DNA from: Phycisphaerales bacterium
GTDB lineage: Bacteria; Planctomycetota; Phycisphaerae; Phycisphaerales; UBA1924
NCBI GenBank assembly: GCA_965227775.1
Contig: OZ245777.1
Location: forward strand, 1,440,001 to 1,504,000
DNA length: 64,000 bases
Direction of reading: 5' to 3'
Position 1 is the first letter of the stretch, and every line of letters starts with the position of its first letter. A program made the translations under genes and the position numbers. The notes beneath the pieces are model-generated. The model worked only from the letters and a program-made list of their open reading frames with translations, did no database searches and was not told where the DNA came from. Below are positions 12,130 to 22,600 of the stretch, piece by piece.

Positions 12130-12818
12130 AGTTCGCTCGGTCACGTTCCGGCTTCACGATGCTCGAGGTGATGATCGCCATCGCGATCCTTGCGGTCTTG
12201 AGTGCGGCGCTGATCACCTTTACCTTCGGGCTCGCGGGTCGGCGGGATCGGCTTGTGCGCGAGGGCGAACGCAGCGCGATGCTGGCTCGCGTGCTCGATC
12301 GAGTCGAGCGACTCGCGGCGACCGCGCCAAACCATGCCCGTCACGGCGAGGACTCGTTCGAGCTGCGCGGGCGGGGCATCTGGCCCGCCGCGGGGCGATC
12401 GGGCGTGCCGGCCGGGCCATCGGACGTCACGGGCCGGCTGTCATACTCGGAAGATGACCAGGAAATCACCTGGCGCGAGACCAGGGGCGGCGAGTCGGTC
12501 GAGCTCGTCGTGACCGACATCGAGGCCATTTACGTCGACCACTTCGACGAGCTCGTCACCGCTTCGGGAAGCCAGCCGCCGCTTCGTTTGTGTGTTTGGT
12601 TGGCTCCGGTTGGCCGAGAACGCGAGACGGACGCCGAAGAACTTGCCGAAGACGCTCTCGACCCCGAGCTGTCGCCCGAGCGATCGATGTTCGATGAGCT
12701 GGAGCTCCCAGAGCGGTCGGCTGATGTTGTGTTCATTGTGGGCGATCCCTTGGGCAAGATGCTGGGCGGCGGCCCACCGTCCGACCCCGCTGAAGATCCG
12801 ATGGGGATGGCGCCATGA
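12126..12818 (+). CDS. Minor pseudopilin (GspJ-like)
   Basis: MKFARSRSG|FTMLEVMIAIAIL. ATGA overlap with the upstream gene at 12126-12129. Confidence 0.78.
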   Translation: MKFARSRSGFTMLEVMIAIAILAVLSAALITFTFGLAGRRDRLVREGERSAMLARVLDRVERLAATAPNHARHGEDSFELRGRGIWPAAGRSGVPAGPSDVTGRLSYSEDDQEITWRETRGGESVELVVTDIEAIYVDHFDELVTASGSQPPLRLCVWLAPVGRERETDAEELAEDALDPELSPERSMFDELELPERSADVVFIVGDPLGKMLGGGPPSDPAEDPMGMAP

Positions 12819-14149
12819 ACCGGCAGCGACACGAGCGCGGGGTCGCGGTGCTGGTGGTGCTGGTGGTGCTGGCAATCGGTGCATTGGCGGGTACGGTCGC
12901 GCTGCTGGCCGCTCGCAGCGCGGGCGAGGCGACGGCCTCGACCGCCGGCCGGCTGCAATCCCGGCTCACGATGCGATCGGGCACGCTGGCCATCGAGCAG
13001 GCCGCGCTCGACCAGCGGGCCGACGTGCTTGCGGGGGCCGAGTTTGTGGTCGATGACCCGATTGAGCTCTTCGAAGAGGGCAACCGCACCGCGACGTTCC
13101 GCCTTGACGCTGCCATCACGCCCGATGCGGTCTCGCTGGACGCCCTGCTCGACGTCAATTCCTGCACTGCGTCCATGCTCGCCAAGCTGCCGGGCATGGA
13201 CGAGACCCTTGGGGCCGCAGTCGCGGCTGCACTGCCCGTCCGCTCGCTGCGGGAGCTGCTCGAAGTTGAGGGTGTGACCATCGAATTGGTCTATGGCACT
13301 TACGACGAGCGCGGCGAGCTTGCTTCCGATGGGATCCCCCTCGCCAGTCTTCTGACGGTGGGGTCGGTCGATCCGGCGACCTCGATCGGTGTCGGGGGGG
13401 CGATGCCGCTCGCCGAGCGGGTCGACGTGTCCCAGCCGTACGACGAGGCCATGGGCGAGCGGCTCACCAACTCGCTGAGCGCCCAGGAGGGGGCGGGCCA
13501 ATTGGTTGCCGTGCTGGCCCAGCGCGACACGCCGCCCGCATCCCTCGCCGAGGTCGCGCGGGCCTTGCGAGGGCAGATGACGCTCGCGACGACCGGCCAG
13601 GTGCTCGACATCGTCTGCGTCGGCTCGGGCCCGAGCCGGGGCCGCGTCGACATCAATCGGGCGCCGTTCGAGGTGCTCGCGGTGCTGCCCGGGCTCAACG
13701 AACAGACGGCCCAGCAGATCGTCGACGCGCGGCGGAGTCTGGACACCGACGAGCTGAAGGATCCCCTTTGGCCGCTGCGCGAGGGGCTGGTCGATGAGGA
13801 TTCCATGCTGGAGGTCCTCGACCGGGTCACGACCAGGAGCGTGCGCTGGGTGTTGCGTGCCGAGGCGGGCATGGCGACCGTGCGCGAGCGTTCCGTGGGC
13901 ATCGACTCGCTCGAGGATGCCCAGCGCGTGCGAGCGGGCATGGCGTCTGCCGACGAGGATCGCCTGCGGGACCGCGTGGCAATGGACCTGCTGGTGGACT
14001 TTTCCGGCCCGCGGCCGGTGGTTGTACCGCTGGGTGAGGTGAGCATTGCCGGCGAGCTCGCCGCAGTCGCCCGCGTGCTGGCCGGCACCGATGGCTCAAT
14101 GGACGAGTTGCTCGAGCCCGAACCTGAGCGTCGAGAGGTGCGCCCATGA
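12815..14149 (+). CDS. gspK: Minor pseudopilin K (GspK-like) with helix-hairpin-helix motifs
   Basis: RHERG|VAVLVVLVVL lacks Glu5, as is typical of GspK. Two HhH-type segments (LDVNSCTASMLAKLPGM; VDINRAPFEVLAVLPGL...AQQIVDARR). ATGA overlap. Confidence 0.8.
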   Translation: MNRQRHERGVAVLVVLVVLAIGALAGTVALLAARSAGEATASTAGRLQSRLTMRSGTLAIEQAALDQRADVLAGAEFVVDDPIELFEEGNRTATFRLDAAITPDAVSLDALLDVNSCTASMLAKLPGMDETLGAAVAAALPVRSLRELLEVEGVTIELVYGTYDERGELASDGIPLASLLTVGSVDPATSIGVGGAMPLAERVDVSQPYDEAMGERLTNSLSAQEGAGQLVAVLAQRDTPPASLAEVARALRGQMTLATTGQVLDIVCVGSGPSRGRVDINRAPFEVLAVLPGLNEQTAQQIVDARRSLDTDELKDPLWPLREGLVDEDSMLEVLDRVTTRSVRWVLRAEAGMATVRERSVGIDSLEDAQRVRAGMASADEDRLRDRVAMDLLVDFSGPRPVVVPLGEVSIAGELAAVARVLAGTDGSMDELLEPEPERREVRP

Positions 14150-15678
14150 GTGGTTCGCGCCTGGCCATGGAGTGGCACGCCGGCTGGCTGACGGTCGTTC
14201 CGGTGGGGACGGAGAAGGGCCGGTCCAAGCTCGGCACGGGCGTGAGTGCCCGCGTGCCGGACGCGATCGCCAGCGACGATCCCGAGGCGGTCGGTCAGTG
14301 GGTGGGCGAGCAGCTTCGCCAGGCTGGACTGAAGGGCAAGCAGGTGGTGTGGGTCGCGGGCCGGGGAGACCTGCTGCTCAAGCGGCTGAGCCTGCCCAAG
14401 CCGCCAGCCGAAAACCAGATACCGGCGATGGTCAAGCTCCAGATGAGCCGGGCCATGCCGGTGCAGGGTTCGGATGCCTCGACCGACTTCGTGGTGCTCC
14501 GCGAGGATGACGGCAAGCTCGATCTGCTGGGAGCTTCGGTGCCCTCCGAGCGGATGGCGTGGATGCGCTCGATGCTCACGGCGGCGAAGCTCAAGCTGGC
14601 CTCGGTCGTGCTGCGGGCCCAGTGCTCGGCGTGCATCGCTGGTCTGCCCGACGCCGGGCACGCACGGATCGTCGTCTCGCCCGGAGCGTCATCGGTCGAG
14701 ATCGCGGTGGTCGAGCCGGGCGGGGTTGTTACCAGTCGCGGCGTCGATGCCACGTGGCCTACGGGCGAGCAGGAGGGGTTCGTCCGCCGCATCGCCGTCG
14801 AGGTGAAGCGCACGTGGATGGGCTACCGCGCCGCCCAGAACTCGCTGCCGGTGCAAGACGCGGTGGTGATCGGCGGCAGCGGCCTGTGCCAGGCAATCGC
14901 CAATGAGGTCGCCGAGACGATCGAAGCCGAGACTACGGCGCTGGCTGCCGAGTCGTTCGCGGTGCTGGCTGACCAGAGTGGCGCGGACACGACGCGGTGG
15001 CTCGCGCTGGCTGGCATCGGCGTGGCTTCGTGCGATCGCATCGACCTCTTGAACCCGACTCGCGCCCGAGCCGAGCGCTCGCAGACTCGCGAGCGGGTGT
15101 TGCTGGGTGCGATGGCGATGATCGCCGTCGTTGGCGGGCTGGGCGTATACGGCTATATCCGCCTCGGCGATCTCCAGCAAGAGAAGTCGCGACTGACCAG
15201 CCAGGTCTCAACGCTCCGCACGGACTACACCGCCATGGTGCTCGATCGCACACGCCTCGATCATCTGCGTGCTCTCCGGCAGACGCGGCCCGAGTGGCCG
15301 GGCCATCTCGAGCGCGTCATGGGTCACGCGGCAGCATCGGGCGTGCGCATCGAGCAGCTCTCGGGCGCGTCGCGGGGTGGCGTGTGGTTCGGCGACCCGA
15401 AGGGGGCGCGCAGCTTCTCCTTCTTTGCCGCCGAGTACCGGCCCGCTGTTCGCGGCGAGCTCAGCCTGCAGGGTGTTGGCGAGGCGCGCGAGATGGCCAG
15501 CATGGTGCGCGGCCGTCTGGTCGACGATCCTCTGTACTTCGTGCAGACTCAGGGGCCCGACGCGGGGCTCGGCTTCAAGCTCGAAGTCGATACGACGACG
15601 CGCGTCGTGTCACAAGACGTCCAGGCCGCGCCGGCCGACGCAGACCAGACTGATGCCGGAGAAGGGGGTGGCTCGTGA
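14146..15678 (+). CDS. GspL-like (PilM-PilN-type) assembly platform protein
   Basis: N-terminal ~300 aa resembles the actin-like PilM/GspL cytoplasmic domain (LLLKRLSLP...MVKLQM...DFVVL; ...IDLLNP). Then a single TM, a coiled coil and a periplasmic domain (W..HL..., LSLQG). Follows gspK. Confidence 0.7.
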   Translation: MSGSRLAMEWHAGWLTVVPVGTEKGRSKLGTGVSARVPDAIASDDPEAVGQWVGEQLRQAGLKGKQVVWVAGRGDLLLKRLSLPKPPAENQIPAMVKLQMSRAMPVQGSDASTDFVVLREDDGKLDLLGASVPSERMAWMRSMLTAAKLKLASVVLRAQCSACIAGLPDAGHARIVVSPGASSVEIAVVEPGGVVTSRGVDATWPTGEQEGFVRRIAVEVKRTWMGYRAAQNSLPVQDAVVIGGSGLCQAIANEVAETIEAETTALAAESFAVLADQSGADTTRWLALAGIGVASCDRIDLLNPTRARAERSQTRERVLLGAMAMIAVVGGLGVYGYIRLGDLQQEKSRLTSQVSTLRTDYTAMVLDRTRLDHLRALRQTRPEWPGHLERVMGHAAASGVRIEQLSGASRGGVWFGDPKGARSFSFFAAEYRPAVRGELSLQGVGEAREMASMVRGRLVDDPLYFVQTQGPDAGLGFKLEVDTTTRVVSQDVQAAPADADQTDAGEGGGS

Positions 15679-16679
15679 ACCCCCGCATCGTGCGCTTGCT
15701 CATTGTTGGTGGCGCCGCCATTGCGCTCACGGGCGCTTCGTGGTGGGGTTACGTCACCTTCTATGAAGGCCCCGCCGCTGAACTGAGTGACGACATCGAC
15801 GCGCTCATCGGTGAGAAGGGCGGCTATGAGACGGCGTTGCTGCAAGAAAGCCGCGTCCGCCGAGAGCTCGGTGAGATTATCGCCGGCGCCGTGCATGGTG
15901 ATCGCGATTCGCTGGAGCACCGATTGCGCACCGCCAGCGCGACGCTTGCGTTCGAGGCCGGGCTTACAAAGCTCGAGATTAACTCTTTGCCGCCGCGCGC
16001 CGTGGGCAACCCTGCCGGACAGGCCCGCGGCATCCGAGAGCGTGCGTTCCAGCGTTCGCTTCGCGATCGCATAGACGCGAGCGAGGCACGTGTCGTGATC
16101 TCGGGCGAGGGCACGCTGGAGGCGGTGCTTCGTGCGCTGTCCCTGGCCGACGCGCAACGCTGGACGCTGGGGGTCGATTCGTGGAACATCAAGCCCTCGC
16201 GGATTGAAGAGGGCAAGCCCGCGGTTTTCTCGCTGTCGATGACGCTGACGGCCCTGGTCGTCGATGACGATGGCGCGCTCGCAGGCGAGATCGCCATCGA
16301 CCCGCTGGACGACCGCATGCAGGCGCAACTCGCGGCGGTGGTGAAGGCCGACCCATTCAAGACGGCGCCCAAGCCGCAACCCGTGGTCGTTCAGAGCCCG
16401 CCGCCGCCACCGCCACCAACAACGCGAACCGCGCCGCCTCCGCCCCCGCCGGGCGCGGGTTGGCGCCTGGCGGGCGTCTTGAGGGGCGAGACCGGGCAGT
16501 ACGCCATCGTGGTACACGAGAATGGACGCCGGCGAACGCTGGCGCTGGGAGAGGAGGTCGGCGGGCTTCGGCTTGCCGCCCTGCTGGGAGAGGTGGCCAC
16601 CTTCGAGGCCAACGACGAGCGATTCGAGGTGCGCAACGGTGAGCTCTTGGCCGCCGCGCACGGAAGGGAACGGCGATGA
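15675..16679 (+). CDS. GspM/PilO-like protein with Pro-rich linker and C-terminal GspC/PilP-like beta domain
   Basis: N-terminal TM, coiled coil, ferredoxin-like region (ISGEGTLEAVLRAL), DPF motif, poly-Pro, then WRLAGVLRGETGQYAIV...LALGEEVGGLRL. GTGA overlap. Confidence 0.6.
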   Translation: MNPRIVRLLIVGGAAIALTGASWWGYVTFYEGPAAELSDDIDALIGEKGGYETALLQESRVRRELGEIIAGAVHGDRDSLEHRLRTASATLAFEAGLTKLEINSLPPRAVGNPAGQARGIRERAFQRSLRDRIDASEARVVISGEGTLEAVLRALSLADAQRWTLGVDSWNIKPSRIEEGKPAVFSLSMTLTALVVDDDGALAGEIAIDPLDDRMQAQLAAVVKADPFKTAPKPQPVVVQSPPPPPPPTTRTAPPPPPPGAGWRLAGVLRGETGQYAIVVHENGRRRTLALGEEVGGLRLAALLGEVATFEANDERFEVRNGELLAAAHGRERR

Positions 16680-19600
16680 CGCTGGAAGATCTACACCCAA
16701 CAACGCAGACCGCCGCCGGGCGCGCCACCTCGAAGGCGAAGGGAGACGCTCGCATGAGCACCGTCGTGAAGGGGCACGTCGCCGCGGCCCTCGTGCTGTC
16801 GTGTGGCATGGCGATGAGCGTCGATGCCGCGCAGGATCAGGCGACGGGCACGACGCTGGCCGAAGCGCCGCCGGCTGATCCGCCTGCCGCCGCCGGGCAG
16901 CGGTCGATGACGCCGATCAGCTTCAGCTTCGAGAACGCGCCGTACTCGGAGGTGCTGGGCTTCTTCTCGCGCGAGGCGGGCGTGCCCATCATCTATCAGG
17001 CGGCAGTGCCCGAGCAGGGCATGACGTTCATCAGTGGCCAGTCGTACTCGTTCGACACAGCACTGGACATCCTGAACCGCTTCCTGCTGCCGCATAGGGT
17101 GCGCCTGAGCGAGCAGGATGAGTACCTGTACTTCCGTTCGATCGAGGATGCCGCGCGTCAGCCTGGCGAGATCTTTCAAGGCGAGCTTCCCGCTGGCATG
17201 CAGCAGGGCAAGATCGTCACGCTTGCCGTACCCCTGACAAATGTGGATGCGGCGACAGTGGCCGAGCAGGTCAAGGCCATGGTGGCCGGGTACGGCTCGC
17301 TCGTTCCCGTGCCGTCGCAGAACCTCCTGATCGTCACCGAGACCGTCGAGCAGATCCGCCGCATCCGTGAGGTGCTGCGGATGGTCGACAGCCAGCCGCC
17401 GAGCGACTCGGACTACCGAATCTACGCGCTGCGCAATGCGCAGGTATCAGACGTCATCGGCACGTTGCGCACGCTCGTGCCCGAGTACGAGAAGACCATC
17501 CAGAAGCAGGGCAATCGCATCGAGGTCGTCGACGACGTCACCAAGCCGCCGGTGCGCTTCGAATCAAACGGCCGCTCAAACTCCATCATCGCCATCGGCC
17601 CGACGCGCCGCCTCGAGACCGCGGCTCAACTCATCGAGATGCTTGACCAAGGCGATGGTGCGGGCGTGGACGGCCGGCGAATGGCCAGCTTCGTGCTCGA
17701 GAGCGTGACGCCCCAGGAGGCAGCGCGGCAGCTCGATCGCCTGTTCTCCAGCGTTCCCAATGATCGCAAGCCCACGGTGATTCCCATGGAGACCCAGGGC
17801 AAGATCACCGTTGTTGGCAGTGCGTCGCTGGTCATGCAGGCCGAGGCGCTGCTGGGTGAGCTCGACCCCGGGCTCGACGAGCGTGCGGACTCGGCCCAGC
17901 GCACGACCGTGGTTGAGCTTGAGCGTGTCGATGCGGGCTCGGTCGAACGCTTGGCCCAGCGTCTTCTCTCGGCCCGGCAGCGGCAGGTGTTGCGGTTCGC
18001 GCCGCTCGCAGGCGGGCGCTCGCTCATGGTCACCGGACCGGCCGCCGACGTCGAGTCGTTCGAGGAATTGGCACGGACGCTTGATAGCGGCGAAGCGATC
18101 GCTCGCGACGTGCGCACGCTGACGGTCGGCCGTGGCGACGCCCAAGCCGTGGTCGATCGCGCCGAGGAGCTCTACGAGCTGAGCGGCATGGCCGAGCGCG
18201 AACCGCTGGCGATCGATGTCGATGCCGCTCGTCGCATCGTGACCGTGGTGGGCCAGCGTGAGGGGCTCGATCGATTCGTTGAGTTCATGCGCCAGAGCGA
18301 GTCGAGCGTGGTGGTCGAGCGTGAGTCTCGGTCCTTCACGATGGCGGCCGCTCGGCCCAGCGAGGTCGCCCAGCGCGCATCGCGCGTGGCCGACGCAATG
18401 CTGCGGCCGGCCGACGGTTCGGCCTATGACGCGCCGCAGTTCGAGGCGATCGACGAGGTTAACCAGCTCATCGTGCGGGCCAGCGAGGGCCAGTTCTCGG
18501 TCATCGAGGCCTTGATCGCGCAGCTCGACAAGCCGGCGGGTGGCTCGCGCTTCGTGACCGTGCCCGTGCGCAATGCGACGCCCCAGCAGCTGCTCGACCG
18601 TGTAGGGCCCGTGTACGACGCAGAGGCGGCGCGGCGCGGCGATCCATCGCTGAGCGACATCGAGCTGACGCCAGATGCGGCGGCCGGCGCGATCATCGCG
18701 CGGGGCTCGGCCGCTTCGGTCGCGCTCTTCCAGGACGTGCTGCGGCAGGTGCAGCAGCTCGTGCCTCCAGCTCGATCGACGCGGATGCTCGACCTGGAGT
18801 TTGCGGGAGCCGACCAGGTCTTGCCCGTGCTGCAAGGATTGATCGAGCAGCGCGAGCCGGTCGATCCGGCGCGAGAGGCGCCGTTGCCCGAGATCTCCGT
18901 GCTCGAGCGGACCAACACGCTTGTTGTCAAGGCCGAGCCCGCTCAGCACGCGATGGTGGCCGAGCTGGTCGCGCGGCTCGATACGCCCGAGCCGATGGAC
19001 CTGCCACCGCTGAAGCTGCTGCAACTCCGCACGGCCAACGCCGGCAACATCGCGCGGATGCTCAACGACCAGTATCGCCAGCGTCCGCAGGCTGATCGCA
19101 TCGCCCGTCCAGTAGATGTGCGGGCGGACGAGGCGACGAACACGCTGATCGTATCAGCGCATGAAGCGCTGCTGACCGACATCAAGTCGTTTGTTGACGA
19201 GATCAACGAAGAGAGCCAGCAGGGGCCCGAGCGTGCGCCGCTGCTGTTCCGCCTATCCGTTGCCAAGGCCACCGACGTGGCGGACGCGATGAACCGGTTG
19301 TACCCCGAGCCGGCGATCCCGCGAGATCGCCGCGGGCAGCCCATGCCGTGGCTGCAGCAGCCGCGCGAGGTGGTCGTGTCAGCCGACGAGTCGAGCAACT
19401 CGCTGATTATCGATGCTCCGGTCGAGATGCACGAGTCGCTACGCGAGCTGGCGTCCCAGCTCGATCAAGTCGAGGTCCCGCCGAGTGCCGAGCTGCGGAC
19501 CTACCGCGTCGTGAACGCCGACGTGGCGACCATCAAGCGCGTGCTGGAGGGTATGGATCGCCAGGGCAACCTGAGCGCACCAGCCCAGCCTGGGCGGCAG

Positions 19601-22600
19601 AGCGTGCGCGTGACGATCGAGGCCGAGCCGCGCAGCGGAACGCTCATCGTGGCCGGAGACGACACGACGTTCCAGCGCGTCGAGGCGATGCTCGAGGATC
19701 TCTCGGCGGTGCCCGTCGAACGCGAGACCGCCATCGTGCCCATCGCCAACGCCGACGCGAAGGACATCGGGGATCGCGCGCTGTCGATCTACCAGGCGCA
19801 GGTAGCAGGCGTGCCGGGCGCGGGCGAGGTCGAGCTGTCGATCAACGAGACGACCAACGCGCTCGAGATCGTGGCCGATGCACAGGCGATGGAACGCTTT
19901 CTGGGCGTGATCGACCTGCTGCAAGATCAGGCCGGCCCGCCGCGCGAAGCCAGGCTCATCCAGCTCCAGCAGGCGCGCGCGGCGGACGTCATCGAGTTCT
20001 TGCGGGACCTGGTTGGATCGAGCAGCTCGCTGCGCCAGCAGGGCGGTCCTGAGCCGGTATTCGAGGCCATCGAGAGCACCAATTCGATCCTTGCGGCGGC
20101 GGTGCCGTCGCAGTTCGGCATCATCGAGCAGCTGGTGCTCGACCTCGATCGGCAGCAGTCGGCAGGCCGCCAGCCGCTGCGCATCCTGCGCCTGCGGACG
20201 ACCGAGGCCGGCAACATCGCCAACATGCTGCAAGAGAGCTATCAGCGGCGCACGCCCGAGGAGCGGGCCCGGCAGCCGGTAGACATCCGAGCCGATGCCG
20301 CCACAAACACGCTGCTGGTTTCGGCACATCCGGAGATGATGCCCGAGATCGAATCTGTCGTATCGCAGCTCAACGACGCAAGGACGATCGACGACGAGGA
20401 TCGCGAGATCCGCATCTTCCCGCTGCAGCATGCCCGGGCGGAGGAACTCGCCAGAACGATCGACGAGATGTATCCCGAGCCGCCCATGCCGCGTGATTCG
20501 CGTGGCCGGCCCCGACCCGACTTGCAGCAGCCCAAGGAAGTCGTGGTCCGCGCGAATCGCTCGACGAACGCGCTCATCGTCGATGCGCCGTCGCGGCGAC
20601 TCGCGGGATTCGAGCAGATTGTCAACTCGCTTGACAAGTCCGAGCTGGCGGGCGATGTCGTGGTCCGCACCTATCGCCCACAGCGAGCCGAACCGCAAGC
20701 GATCGCGAGTGCGATCCGAGAGCTTGCGGGCAGCGGGGCGCTCGGTGGCAGCCCGCGTACGCCATTGACGGTCTCGGTCGAGCCCAACACGCGAACGATC
20801 ATCGTGAGCGGTCCGGGTGAGGCGTTCGCCCAGGTCGAGTCGTTGCTCGAAGATCTCGATGGATCGCCCGCTCGCCCCGAGTCGGCGGTCAAGCTCTACA
20901 AGCTGCGGCACGCCCGGGCCGATCGCCTGGAGCCGCTGCTACGCGACCTGCTGACGACACGGTTGCGCGAGCAGCAGCAGGTGTCGGGGGGCCTCGGCGT
21001 TGCCGACGTTGCCTCGCTGCTGACCGTGAGCGCCGAGCCCGCCACGAACACGCTGATCATCTCGGCACCGCCGGTCGCGCAGGAGCTCGCGCAGAGCCTC
21101 ATCGATGCGCTGGATACCGACGAGGTGGGCGCGGCGGCGCCCGTCGTGCGTGTCGTGCCGCTCAGCCACGGCCGATCGGACCAGATCGCCCCACAGCTCG
21201 AGCGTGCGATCGACGCGCTCGTGTTGCCCAGCGGCGGCGAGGTGCGGGTGAGCTCGGTTGGCGGCGCCAACGCGTTGCTGCTGACGGGTTCCCAGAACGA
21301 TCTCGAATTGGTTGGCACGCTGGTCGATGATCTCGACACGCCGCCCTTCGACCCCGAGGCAGTGGGCGTTCAGACGTTCGAATTGCAGCACGCCGATGCC
21401 GAGCGCGTCGGCCCGGTCATCGAGCGATTGCTCGAGCAGCAGCGTGAGAGCAATCCATTCATCCTCCGCGAGCTTATGCGGCGGGATCCAATGGCCGCAC
21501 AGGTGACGCCTGTGCGCGTCGAGGTCGACAGCGGCACGAACGCGCTGCTCGTAAGCGGCCCATCCAAGATGGTTGAGCTCGCCGAGGAACTCATCGAGCG
21601 GCTGGACCGACCGACTGTTGAGAGCGGGCGAACGCTGCTGACTTACACGCCCGCTCGTGCGCAGCCGCAGGCGCTCGTCGATGCCGTGTCACCCGTGGCT
21701 GAGCAGACAATCGAACGCGACCGCCAGGGGTTGGAGATCTCGGCCGACCCGAGTACTGGCACTGTGATCGTCGTCGGCGGCGAGGCTTCTGCCGTCCAGG
21801 CGGTCGAGCTTCTGCAGCGATTCGATGATCGCGCCCCGGCAACGCCCGTTGCGGACGTGACGGTCGTCACCCTCGCGAATGCGTCTGCGAGGAACGTTGC
21901 ACAGACGGTCGAGTCGCTCCTGAACGATCGGGGCCGCTGGCCGGCAGAGCTGGTGCGCGCCGAGCAAGCCGGCCTTGCCGTACCGCGACCGACGCTGCGC
22001 GCCGACGAGCAGTCGAACCGCATCGTCATGAGCGTGCCGAGCGCCATGATGCCGATGGCCGGCAAGCTCATCGAGGCGATGGACGCGGCACCTGACGGAC
22101 AGGGCGAGCGCGGCGTTCGTCTCGTTCGCTTGGCGCAGGGAGACGCCGACTCGGTCGCGAATGCTGTGCAGGACGCGTTACGCGCGGGGATTCGTCCAGG
22201 CCAGCCGCAGCCGACCGTGCGCGCTGAGACGCGCAGCAACAGCATCGTGATCGCCGCCTCGCAGTCGCAGATCGAGGAGGCCGTCCAGCTCATCGGTCAG
22301 ATGGACGTCCAGGTCGAGCCCGAGGCCGTCGGCGTGCTGACGCTGCGCCTGAAGCACACGCGCGCCGAAACGGTTGCGCCCATCCTCGAGACCATCCTGC
22401 AGCAGGACTCTGTCGTCGATCTGCTCCCGTGGTGGGCCATCGGCGGCTTTGCGGCGCAGAATCCCGATCAGGCCATCAAGCCGACGATCCGCGTGATCCC
22501 CGAACCGGGTAGCAACACCGTCGTCGTCGCGGCGCCGCGCCCGATGCTCGAACTCGCCCAGCAGGTGGTGGCCGAGCTTGATGCCGCGGACTCTGCGGGC

